Assembly: GCA_000934665.2 (NCBI GenBank)
Contig: JYFJ02002484.1
Span: 1 to 56,034 of the forward strand
Source of the DNA: Catajapyx aquilonaris
Taxonomy: Eukaryota
DNA: 56,034 bases
Direction: 5' to 3'
Below, one piece after another: positions 24,101 through 36,620 of the stretch. Under the pieces are notes generated by a model. That model ran no database searches. It was not told where the DNA came from and worked only from the letters and a program-made list of their open reading frames with translations. Numbering within the stretch: the stretch's first letter is position 1; every line of letters starts with the position of its first letter. A program made the position numbers and the translations under genes.

Positions 24101-27073
24101 CAATCAGAAGCTCAAACAGAAAAAAATAAACGATGCGTGACACGACATAAAATACCTTGACTGCTGCAATATCTTTCGAGAACGCACTTGAGGCACGAAA
24201 AAATGTGAGCAAATCTGGACCAGCCGGTGTCGTAAATTACTCCGTTTTATAAGTGATGTTGTCTTTGTCTCCACCCACAAACATGTAGACTTTGTTTACA
24301 ATGAAAATTATAAATTTTAATTGCAAAAGCCATGACAGTTAGTAAGTTCAGTTATGCCCACTAAATTAATTATTTATAACTCTAATTAGAAGCTGTATCC
24401 CTCAGGGCTCGTGTATACATTAAAATATCGTGTGTTTATTTTAATAGTCGCACAAACAAATGGCAACTAAAAATACTACACAGTAAACATAACATTGCAA
24501 CAGGCAAAACTATGAGTTCAGGTTCCGTTTACTATTTTTCATGCTCAGTTTAGTGTAAAAATAATGAGTCATAAAAACAGTGCACAACGACCCGAGCTGT
24601 ACTGTACACGAGTGTAAAAGTTAAAATGTCACCGTGGCAAACTCTATGCCATAACAACTCAAAACTGAAAACATATGTAACTCTACGTCAAATTTAAGCT
24701 ACATCGTAATATAATATTTGTGCCCTACACTTCATCATGATTATTACATTGACATTGAAACCCATACATAGAAAATTACTGCCCCTGAGTAATGTAGACC
24801 AGCATTTATTTTGAGTCGACATCGATCTTCACATATCACCCTTTAAAGATGGTGATTGATTGTGGAGCAATAAGGAGGAGGCAGATCCGGCTTTAAAAGT
24901 CAAACATCCCACTCGAGAAATCAGTGTAATCTCTTTATACCCTACTACACAGGAAGGCTGAGGCCGATACAATACATTCACTCGGCAATCTACCAACTTC
25001 CAAATGCATTACGATAGCGGCTTAAACGCAGGCTTTAAATGCACCACTGTGCTAAATCAACAATGCAATATCTCAGCTTTCTTTGTTTATAAAGGCACGC
25101 TGCTTATATTCATAGAGTACATAAACCCATGTTGTAACCCCCTCTCTTCATGTGTATATATATTTACAACATTCCGGTAGGTATTTCCACCGCAGCTCAC
25201 GTCTTTTCCCCCCCTTCGTTGTCGCTCGAGATGTTATAAATGCGCACAAATACTTAGTGTCGAGGCAGAGTGAGTACGAAACGATGTTTTTCCAGGCGAG
25301 GAGACACGGCTCAGGAGCATTTTTAAGAGATCTTCCCCATACCTATTGCACTCCACACAACCTCGCTCCAACAACTAGAATTCCAGCTGGAAACTTTTAT
25401 GGGCACGAGTTATCCATCGCCCAAAGCTGCACTCTCTTTCTTATTTTTTTTTCGAGCAAGAAAAAAATATTACTTTATGTCTCAGTTTTAGAGCTTTGCG
25501 AAAAAAAGCACACGTGAGCAGTAGCATCTCTATAGGTACTACACATGTGACAATGCATGAAAAATTGGAACATTGACTGACAACTACCATATGTATAAAA
25601 TTAAAACTAAAACAAATTTGACATGAATATTCACACTAAAAATGCTAAATCAGCTTGGAATTATTCGTCTGGAATTACCTTGCAATTTCTTCGTACTTCT
25701 TAATGTAGAAGGTACACATGATTAAGAAGGGTGTTACTTTTCTGTCACACTTTAGAAATTGGCAAATAACTTCCCTGCAGGACGAGTGCTAATGACTTGG
25801 CTCGACGCAGCACATAAGCACCGTGCTGGTGTGTGCAAATCAGCTTCCAGAAACAAGCTTACCTTCGTCCTCAGCGTTTCCTACAAGTTGTTTATCTAAG
25901 GGAAGCGACACAAGACTCATTAACCGATAATAATAATCTTTTTAGTGCTGCCAAAAGGGAGGGAAGACTTGATTCTCTCCCAGGCTCAGAGAGCGTCATT
26001 GACTTTAACCTGCTGTCAACGTCTTTCACTAACTTAGTTGCCGTCTTATTAGCTCACAGAGGAAAGCCTGACGTGTCTATGCTTACAGTATTATGGGCTT
26101 ATGGTGCAACCTGCTCGCTACGCAATCCTTGTTTATTATGATTAAATCGGTATAGATGCCAACCTAATTGCCTCTTCCGCCTCCAAACATTGAGACACTA
26201 TGTGCAACTAATAATAAATAATATCTCATCTGTCCAATAAAACAGGTTCCAACTTTTTTACTTGCGGCAGATAAATAAAGAAGTATTAAGTGTGGAAATA
26301 ATTGTCTGTTTAGGTGCAATCGTACAAAACATTATGTGAATATAATATTTTATGTCAGTACTAATTAATTTGCGGTCTTGAGTAACCTGGTACATTCTGT
26401 GCATGCTTATTATTTCAACATGCATATATAACAAAAGCAAAATGTGCCCTAAAGCTACTTGCCCATTAGTGCTTGTTCTTTTTTTTCCTCTGTGTAAGTA
26501 GAGAACGTACTGTAGGCCTACACTATGTACAGTGCAGTAAGGGGGTCATTTTTTTCAAGCTGCAAGTTCACTTCAGTCCATACAATATATAGTCACATTA
26601 CGCAGGACTCGTTCCATTAATGGATGGAATCGAAATTCCAATTTTAAAATGGGCTTCCAGTTAGGGCTCACCACATATGGGGGCATTCGTTAAACAAGAG
26701 AAGGATAGAGTGGCAATAAGCAGAGTAAAATTAGCTTAGTATTGCATCCGTACAGTACAGACTGTAATTGCCGATGAAACCCTATAATTACAGTGCTTGT
26801 TTCGTACAACATTGCCATGTATCTTATACACAAGGGTGGTACGCGCACTTACACTCGGATTTAGGACTTGTAATTTGAAGGTGAAATAAAAAATAGCAAT
26901 TTTCTGTTATAAACTCGCAAGAAGCCTAAATCAGAAAGGAATAATGGTCCACATTATTTTATTTGAATTCATATTATAGCGTCAGTTATTTTATTCTGTG
27001 AGATAGTCATACTCTGATGATTGATGTTTTGTTCAAAACAAGGTCATTTCCCCCTATTTGCCAAAAATGTTTG

Positions 27074-27113
27074 GACGTTAATTATAAATTCCGCCGCCAT
27101 TATAATTAACGTC
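27074..27113. repeat. 14-bp perfect inverted repeat with 12-nt spacer
   Basis: gacgttaattataa (27074-27087) - attccgccgcca - ttataattaacgtc (27100-27113). Confidence 0.9.
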
Positions 27114-30100
27114 ATTCATTTAGATCACTAAACCCGCAATTAATATAATGGCAGGTTGGTAACCACTGAAGTTTGAACAAAATGCCACTATAATATTACG
27201 ATGGGTGCTTATATGACAATATTTTCTCCCATATTCATGAAAAGCACGAAATATTGTTCGGTACTGTTCGTATACGACGAATCATCGGAGCTGACAGTGT
27301 CGACATTACGCCCATCTTATTGCGTTATGAGCAGCAAAGTGTCCTACCAGAAAATATCAATAATTCGGGATAAAATGTTTGCTCCGGTTGCAGTGTCCGC
27401 TCATTTTCAGGGACTCCTCTGTGAGGAGATATAAGGTGTCACGGTGGTTGACAGTTACCGGCGTATTTAAGGGACACTGACAGGCGAGTAACTCCTACCG
27501 CACGAGCTTGTCTCCCATACGCCAGGTTGGCCACAGATTTAGTAGATTTTAGCAGACACGTCCGAAAAGTCCGTATCCTCCAGCGCATAAAACCCAACTG
27601 TCAAATCTGCGGGAGCGTCAATTATTCGGTGAGGGTTGTTCTTACATTCCCAGTAGGCCCATCGGATGACAAATGCGTATGGACATCTTTTGGAGCAAAA
27701 AATATATTTAAAAATGAAAAAATAATCTGCTTGGAGTAATTTTATACCATCACTATTATCTCAAATGTGCTTTTTTTAAAGAAGACGTCTGTATATAGGC
27801 AGTGCTTGGCTTTTAAAAATAATGGCTGGCCTGGAGTGGTTTGCTACTAGTGGAATCGAGAGGAATATTGCGGCTTGCCTGCAGGAGAAAGGGGGGAAAA
27901 GAATGAGTCAAAAGCACCTTCCTATGGCTGGAGAAACTCCGGCCTCACAAGTTGGGTTCTCTCTCAACCTCCCCCCCACGAAAACTTTCTGGGCATATTG
28001 TAAGACACTCTTAGTGTACCTTGCACGCGGCTGCGTGTAATGAGATTACCTAAGCAAGATGGGAACGAGGGCAGACGGAGAAAAGAGGACGACGAGGCAA
28101 AAGGAGATATTAAAGCTGTCGGTTGCAGGTGTTATCTTTGGCGTAGGAATTTGTTTCCCGTCCCTTCCACCAACCAACCAACCAACCAAAGAAGAAGAAG
28201 AAAAAAAGTTTGGATGAAAATCTGTCGCGTTCGACTACCACTTTTTTTTACACGTCTTTTGCCAACCATTCTCTGGAAGTTTGTAAAAACGGAGGTGACA
28301 AATGAAGGGAGTTGGCGTGATTGCTTCTGGAGAAAGTCAAGAATTGCTTCTGAGGTACTATTGCAACCCGTCTAAACGAATAATCTGATTCAAATTTGGC
28401 TTGGAAAAAAAACGGGGGGCGGTATTTACTACATCGGGCTGTAAAATATTCCGTCACCGACAGGAAAGTTTGAAGCAGCTGAATTCCACGTCGCTTCTTC
28501 GTCATACTCGCTTCACTGAAGCATTTCTGGCAACGTCACAAAAATAGCCCTAGTGTCAAGTTTTACGACTCGTGTCACAAGCCGCGAAGGGGGGAAAACC
28601 CCTCTCTCTTCTTCTCGGAAGAATTTTTATAATCACATTGTATTTTTACGACAGGCTGTAGTTAAGAACTATAACTATTATTGGAGATAATAGCTTCATT
28701 TTATTGGGGGTAGTTAATTTGAAAATTGGTCTAGCGGCAACTAGAATTAATCATAGATTAAGATGGAGCACCTTGCAGGATACCATGGATTATTATTTTT
28801 ACTTAGTCGCTAATTTTAAAACACTAAGTCCCAGAAAATGTGTATGACTAGTATCATGCCAGAGTGACATAATTATACAACTTGTAGTACTATTTTTGTG
28901 TCCTGCCTTTTCCTGTCCTACCCTACTTTTTTGCATTATTTTTGTCTGGTATCATACCATACCACGCATACTAACATCATTCTCCTCGCAATTTACACGT
29001 CACAGGTGTTTGGCACGCACCCTCTTCCTTCCTGCAACGCAAGCACATACTCGACTCTCCAAAATAATCCGACTTGTACTGTACAACCTGACTCCCCAAT
29101 TAAAGTGCAACTGATCTTCTTACTGAAGTGGTAATCTCTAAGAAAACATGCAAAAAAAAACTCTTCAAGACACACTGTGTAATCCTTCGCTCTACGACTC
29201 ATGAATCTTAGAGCCCACAACATGAAGGGGATTACCTCACTTTACTGTACATAGCTGCTTACTTACGTTTGGGCGACCTCCGATTACACTTGGGCGCCTT
29301 GATCCTCTTTCGGAGGCTGGGCAGTGATGGAAAGTTAAAGGAGAACATGTGCGCTAAAATGGCGTCCGAGACGCGACGTCGAGGTGAGGCAACTGAGGCC
29401 TAGTCTGGGAGCGTGGCAGAAAAGCGTGCCTTGAGCGGAGGATGCTCGCGAGTCACTGGCCCTTCTCGAAAATAAAACTAACCGCGGGGACACACATCTT
29501 TGCAGGAAGTTTTGGAGCTTTGCCCAGGGCCCGTGCAGTGGTACCCAGATTGCTCAGGGATGCCCAAACCAAAGGTGCTTCCAGGGCCGGTTGTTGAACT
29601 ATAGTGGGGCAGGTCTGTACTAAACTTAAAAATGATGAGGTCACACTATCAAAGGTGACTCAATTTCGTGTGAATGCGCCACCTGTATTATAGTATGGCG
29701 TATATTGTTTCGTGGTAGGGGAAAATATGAATATTTTCCGATAGTGATGTTGAAATGAATGGTCCGGGGCTCACAGCAGCGAATTAGGCTGTTCAAAGTG
29801 AATGCTCATTTTGGGGAGATGGGAAGCTTATGTATAGTACCGCTTTCACGAGCTGAATACAGAATTTGGAACGTGTTTCCGTTCATTTCACAGCATAATA
29901 CCTGTGATCAATGTACCTGAAACAAGTGAAAAAACACGAGTGTTTTTACTTTATATTTTATGAAGACCTACAATGCAGAATAATATTAATAGAATTATTT
30001 CTCTAGATGTGACAGTTTGAAAATTTTTGAATCAAAACAACATTAGAACCATTGATCGTATATGAAATCAGCTTTCGAGAATCTGAAGGTTACAAAGTTG

Positions 30101-33100
30101 GCATAATTTTAGCTCAACAATGTGGAGGAATTATCTGTAATTAGTTAGAAGTCCACATTGTTCAGAGTTTAACTGAATTTGTCAGAGTGTATTTCAAAGC
30201 GTTTCGAACCCCCCAATTAACTCTGCCTGTGATGGTTTCAAAGTTATACAACTCTCTTTGTTTTACTGGTACAGCAGCTATACGAAATGACTCGCTCACT
30301 GTGGAGGTAATTACGGTGAATAATACAAGTCGTCGGAAGGGCAGGAGGAAAAAAAAGAGAGTACAATATTTCATTTCGAAAAAAAAGCGTGCTCGTTTTG
30401 ACTAAGTGTCACCTGACTTGACAGGGGCAGGAAAATACACCCAAGCAGTTGGTACCAGGTGGAGTGACTGCAAGATGTTTTCAAGGCAATTACTGTTAGG
30501 CCTACTAGACATATTCGATCCGTCATTCTGCTCAGATGTCACGTCACCTTCGCGTCGCTTCTAAACTCTGGAGGATGCCAAAAAATATTATTTTGACAAT
30601 ATTAAATCTGCTAAGGCGGCAAAAAAAATGTCCGGTTGTCGTTTGTTCCGGGTATATAATTACATTAATGCTCTTGACATTGTTGAATGCACAATTGCAA
30701 AAGTATGACTCGACCTTTTCGGCTAGCACGACATGTGAAACTGCGTAACGAAGTTAGATTGGTTAAACAATGCAGAGTTCGTGCCGTTCATAAAAAATAA
30801 TATTAAATTAGGTATTTACAGAGTGATTGTCAGATGTTGCATTTTGCGCGAGGTACATGCTTCGGACACTCTTGACTGCCAGATGCAGCCAACAAATAAA
30901 ATAGCAGGTGCCCTTTACGCCTAGCGGGTTCTAAATAAAACTTAGTTTAGGTTTCGCTGAAAAGGTCACGCTTCTCCAGCAGATGTAGTACAGTGTATTT
31001 CAGTTGTTGCTATACATTCAGAGTAAATCAGTGTTGAAGTTCTCTCAACAATAAAAGGCTGGCTAAAATACGCAGGGCAATATTTCACCAAGGTAAACTC
31101 ATACATTGATATTATTAATCAGGTACACTCCATAGCTTTGCTTTTATTACAGTAAACTCATTATGGGAAACTTTCTTCATCTTTGGAAATAGTGAACAGT
31201 TTTTACTCAAAACAATACTTTTCCTACTCAGCAAAGGTTGAATAATTGTTTTATTGGGGAAGGAAGGATATAACGTAATGATATTTATTCCTTCAATGGA
31301 TACGTTGGGCTACTTAGTTTCAGGATTGCTCAAACTTTATAATGAAAACCGAACTGGAGCTACAGATGTTTGAACACTAATGGCACATCAAGGAAGTGAT
31401 GTTTGGTCGTCACTGCCGTGTTTACCTTGGCCATTAGAAAGAAAGAGTGGTATATAGCTGAGTGCGGCAGGGTAAAACGATCCCTGCATTATCCTGCTCT
31501 TACTGCCAACCTTTATTCTCTTCTGCATTGCAGAGAGGCCTGGAACGCAGGAGCAATTTTCCTTGGGTAACCTGCTGCACTTTGAATCTAGGAGATAGGT
31601 CTTGTATTTTATTAACATGGAAAATGCAATAATTTATTCGTGGTAATGTCGGCAGGCACTGTATATTTCATTAAACTTCCTCAGACTAAAGTGAAACTGT
31701 ACTCCCGACTGTACAGACACTTAGAAGTTTTATCAACGTAAGATGTACGATTAAGTTGCGATAATCCTGGCATTTGCCGTACAGTGAAGCACTAAGTAAT
31801 GCAGATTACAGTATGAGCAAATAAAAGAAGCCGCTCCAGCAGAGTGGCGACAGGTACTCTCTCACCGCACATCGTATAGCCTGAAATAAACGTAGCCAAG
31901 TTGGCAAGAAGCCTGTGGTCAATCTGACGAGAAGGACATGCCCTCGACCTATTGCTGAATATCGCTCCACGCCTACAGCACCACCTCCTCATCCAAGCTG
32001 CACGCCAACTCGTAAAGTCCAGGATTTCTACTATCTTTTCCGCCAAAAGTACTCCACCTACTCACTTTTGCAACTATCTCACCCATTTCTCACTCTTTTT
32101 CAAACCTTCCTGTATAATACGTAATGGCAATATTTAAAATGGTGAAAATAATGATTTAATTTTAAATAATACCATGGGTTGAATTCTAAAATTACTGCCA
32201 TTTCTACGTTGCGCAGTAATAGCAATTGTTTCATACTACAGAGCAATTAAATTTACTGTACGTGCCTCGGAGATGACCGAATTGTAATATTCCATGTAAT
32301 ACCACTGCAGGTGAACCGCACACAACCCTAATGTATCTACATTATCTGAAGTACAATACATAACTTATACCTTACGTTTCGTCAACACAGCCTAGTTACA
32401 TAGTATGCAATATTTACAAACTTGTATGCGGAATTCAGTAACGAGTAGTTCAACTACATGAATTTAATAATAAGGGCAACTTTAACAAAAACTTAACAAT
32501 TTAACAATTTAAGCAATATTCCGATTCATAAACCATGTTTAACACTTGAAATGAATTAGTAAATAGGCTACTTTCGTGTTTAACTCAGACAACCTGATTT
32601 CCACAGTAGGCAGTTCAAACAACGTACGCTTGACCATTTTGACATGTAGCCTACAGTATACAAAACACACCACATCCAACCCAATATCCACCCTCTGTGG
32701 CACACACACTTCATGAAAACTTCATGCGTGTATCCGCAAAATGTATTGTACTTCCAAAATCGGATCTGGGGCCACGCAGGCACCAACCCACGCCATTAAT
32801 AATTACCCCACCCCAACTTTTGTTGCCGACCCCAGTATTGCCTTCAGCTTCTGATATTATTCCGTGCTGCCCCATGCAAATAGAGCTGCATCACAACTGG
32901 GAGACACCTTCTGCCTCTGAAATCCGAAATGATTTCTACGCGACCACCCAGCGCCAGTTTGAAAAGCTTCCAAGAAGTTCCGCCAAAAATCGAGGCCCTC
33001 ATTTCTCTGAGATAGCCACAGTAGGAAGCCAAATAACAGCGGAGACTACAGCTCCTATACCGAAGATGACAGCGATTTTAATCAGCGGCTAATCCATATC

Positions 33101-34681
33101 CCTATTGTTATTCCAGACCGCAGCTCAGAAGTAGGTGACGTTATTATTTCCTGACGGGGAATCCCCCGCAACCTTCCCAGCTACTTCTGGCCCTACCCCT
33201 GCTTCCAATTAATCCTGGTGATATAGAAGCATGCCCTCCTTCTCATTCTGCCAGCGTCTTGGAAGAAGACTTTTCCTTCGCCATGGGGAGTCTGAGCACG
33301 CCGAAACTAGAGGGGGGGAAAATTAAACCTGATGCTGCTAGGAGGGTTTTGCCACGCCAAAAATATCACCCCCCCCCTTTCCCTTCCCCTTTCTCCGTAG
33401 CCACTAGGATGCCATACCGTAGTTTCCAGATGCAATCGCATCCCGAGACATGCTCAAGTGTTGCGGCAGAGTGCTTCACAAACAAGGCGAAATTACCATC
33501 AGGATGGGGGAATAGGCTTTCCGATTGGTGGCAGATTAATTATTAACTCTAGGGCTGTAAGTCCCTTAGTGTGCATTTACGATGCCACAACTGTCTCGGG
33601 GGCGACTCAGCAATCACAGGGCCCGTAGACTGCTTAGTGGGCCTAATTACTTGCGACTCCTAGTATCACATGGTCCCGGCAGATGTCTTCTTATTCAGCA
33701 TCTCTTATGTTACAAGGCTGGATCCCAAAGACGGATGCTTCTGACCGAAAGCATTTGAACACTGCCTTCAAGATGTCATCTTGAGCGGAATCCATGAACC
33801 GGAGCCAAATGGAACGGGAGGGATATAATTTGACCAGGAGCCAACAGAAACACGGTTGGGAGCGGGTCTTAACCGGACTGGATAAATACACATGGTAACC
33901 ACATTCACGGCAATAAAAAGAACACAGGAGCTTTTCAGTGATGGGAGTTGGGACATGCCCGATGTGGGATTGCAATTAACGCGGATTACGTAACACTTTT
34001 AATTATATGCGGTGACGAAATGATTAGCAGCTATCAGCGACATATGTTTCTATATATTTTACTTATTAGTATTCAAAATTCATAATCTGGTTGATCGCTC
34101 CCTATCCTTCTGATGACGCAACGTAATTGATACCAAAATGCTAGGGCCTCGTAAGTGATTAGGAAAATAAGCCCCGCAAACAGTGTATCCGTTCAACTCT
34201 GCGGTAACACGACCTGCGTAAAAATTCGGCCCCCCCCCTCCCTCCGGAATGTACCCGGGGTTATTTAACCTTTGAACCGTCGAGCTGGCTCCTATTTCGT
34301 GGGCAACAACAGGCACCGAGGCCCTCATGTAGATTTGATGTGCGGGTGTTATTACCGACTTGACATTATGACACGGAGGGCCATGGGTAGCCCAGGCAAT
34401 GGAATGCAGCGCTCTGTGCAAGTGCTCAATCATTGATGAGCCGAGGTGCATGCATAGTGTGTGTCCGTGTGTCTGTGCAAATGCAATGCATGGGAATAGT
34501 GCCTGGCTTTAGAAAAGGGCTTTGGTACGAAGCCGAGTTGGCAGTGTTTGGGCCTCGACACCGAGTTGGCAGTGAATGAATCCAGCAAGTCCAGGGTACC
34601 CCTGGGAATCCTCCTGCAGTCTCATAAGGAACCAAATCGCATGTACACACACAGCAGAGAAAGAGAGAGGGGAAAATAGGA

Positions 34682-34693
34682 CAAGATGGCGGC
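34682..34693 (+). promoter_or_regulatory. YY1/Pleiohomeotic consensus site
   Basis: Exact CAAGATGGCGGC, just downstream of a GAGAG-rich tract. Motif match only. Confidence 0.4.
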
Positions 34694-36548
34694 CTCCTCC
34701 TTTTCCTTATTCAGGACCGCCATTCAGGGCAGATGAAGCGTGAAGCATGGTTTCTATTGACTGGCCATGGCTTCTTCTTCTTTTCTACGGTGATGGAGTG
34801 CGCTTATGGCTGGTGGAGATGCGCGGATTTTATATATGCCTGCCGCGTCTGCACTACCAGAATAGGATCCGGGTTTCTTCCGGGATATTATCCGGGATCT
34901 AGATGGCCACGCAGATTCATAGTTACAGTCTGGAAGACCCGGATGGGTGGGGCAAGGTACTTAAATATGATGGAGTTGGAAATATTGGCTGGTGAGTAAT
35001 TCTTATGGATTCTAAAATATTTTTGAGCAAAATTGCACTCAAGGAGTGACGATCTTCCTAGAGAATTTGCATGTTTGTAAGTATAATAGAAGCCAAATTT
35101 TATTTCCATTTCATGGAGCATGCTACAAATTATTATTAGCAATTTTGACAAAGGGCACATCCGTAAGTAGGCCAATATAATTTTTGCTGCGGGCTACTGC
35201 GAGCAAATGTTACGAAATATGAATCATAATTTTTATCGATTAAGCAATTATTATAATTCGACATAGAAAGTTGTGGTTTTCTGCGTACTGTATTTGGCCT
35301 GAAATTGCAACAAACCACACTAAAAAATAATGCGCTATTTGCATTTGTTGCGAGCCAGGAAAAACTATGTGCATTTTATTAATTTTAACAAAATGAAATA
35401 ATTATGTGTTCTCGAACTGGCCATTGCAGTTTTGGCAAGATGTCCTCTCCCTCAAACCCAATAAATAAAGTAGAAGGGGGAAGGAAGCACACCTCAGGCA
35501 GCATCAGCAGACTTTGGTGGCAGTAACTACGGATTTCTTTTTATCGACATTGAAGTTAAACCCCGAGTCCAGCGGTCGCAGCGGTGGGTCCACCTGCAAG
35601 ATCCGCACGCACTGCGAGATGAATCTTTCAGGTGACAGAAACCAATACCTTTTAAATCTTTTCCGAACTTCTCCAAGGACACTAAACCCCTAAGTGGATC
35701 TGCCCCAATAAATTTTCCTCCAGTCCACACCGCAAGAACCCCCTCCCTTTCCTGTGGCAGAAAACCCAATGTAACTATAGTACAGCTCATTCGATTACTT
35801 ACTCCACATAGAATTGCACAAAATTTAAATAAATGTATATAGATAGATATTTTTATTTGGAAGACAGTCCAGTATCGTGTTGTGTCTAGCTTCATTAAAA
35901 ATTAGAATAAATGTAATAATGAGCAAATTCTCTCATGTTAGCGGAACAGGCTAGGTAGCAGAAAAATTAATTATACATTAAAAAAAAACATTTCGTATCG
36001 TAATACAGAGGTTATATTTAATACTTTTCATCGATAAAGTGTAAGTGACGTTAATTTGTGTGTCTCCTGCAAATCACAGCCAGTGCATGCTGCGCCGCCT
36101 TATATTCCCTGCACATGACGCACATAGATGCAAATTGGCCTGCGGCTTTTGACCATGTTTATAGTGGAAACCCCCGAATTTGCGTTGAGGTCGTGGATGT
36201 CGCGGGGTCGGCGACATAAACCCCCCGCTCCAGGATTGGGGATCAGCTCCACAAAGCGCCATGAACGGTTGCCACGTCCACTGATAAACCGTTTCTGTAC
36301 GCCCGTAAAACTTAATTCGCGCGTAGATAAATCGGGACTAGTGGGATTTTTCATGCGGGGGTGTGCCACTGCCAGCAGGTGTTGCTAATGGCGATTGTCA
36401 GTATTAAAGATAGGCTGCTGCCGCGGGTCATTTGCATGAGGACGTGTATCCGGATGATCATTGCAGGGAATGCCCCGGGTGTGCGCCCATGCATGCGGAT
36501 ATGTCTATATATGGCTTAGAGTGTAATTGACGACTGCAGATAACTCAC

Positions 36549-36620
36549 CAGAGATGATCAGGCCCAAGGTGCACCCGTCCTTCTTCAGAAGCTCAACCAC
36601 TGAAGTTCCGCGTCTTTCAC
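36549..36620 (-). CDS. GRIP1: Internal coding exon (72 nt, phase 1-1) of the GRIP-family gene; PDZ1 betaA, carboxylate-binding loop and betaB
   Basis: cctttcttctgcag|GT GAA AGA CGC GGA ... ATC ATC TCT G|gtgagt encodes (G)ERRGTSVVELLKKDGCTLGLIIS(G). This resembles GRIP1 [25 protein letters not shown] and joins the 10517 exon in frame. Confidence 0.95.

Larger units (their letters stand above)
10518..36548 (-). other. GT-AG intron of 26,031 nt interrupting PDZ1 (phase 1, within the first Gly of the GG motif)
   Basis: Donor GTGAGT at 36548-36543 and acceptor TTTCAG ending at 10518; the flanking exons are contiguous in the PDZ alignment. Confidence 0.9.
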
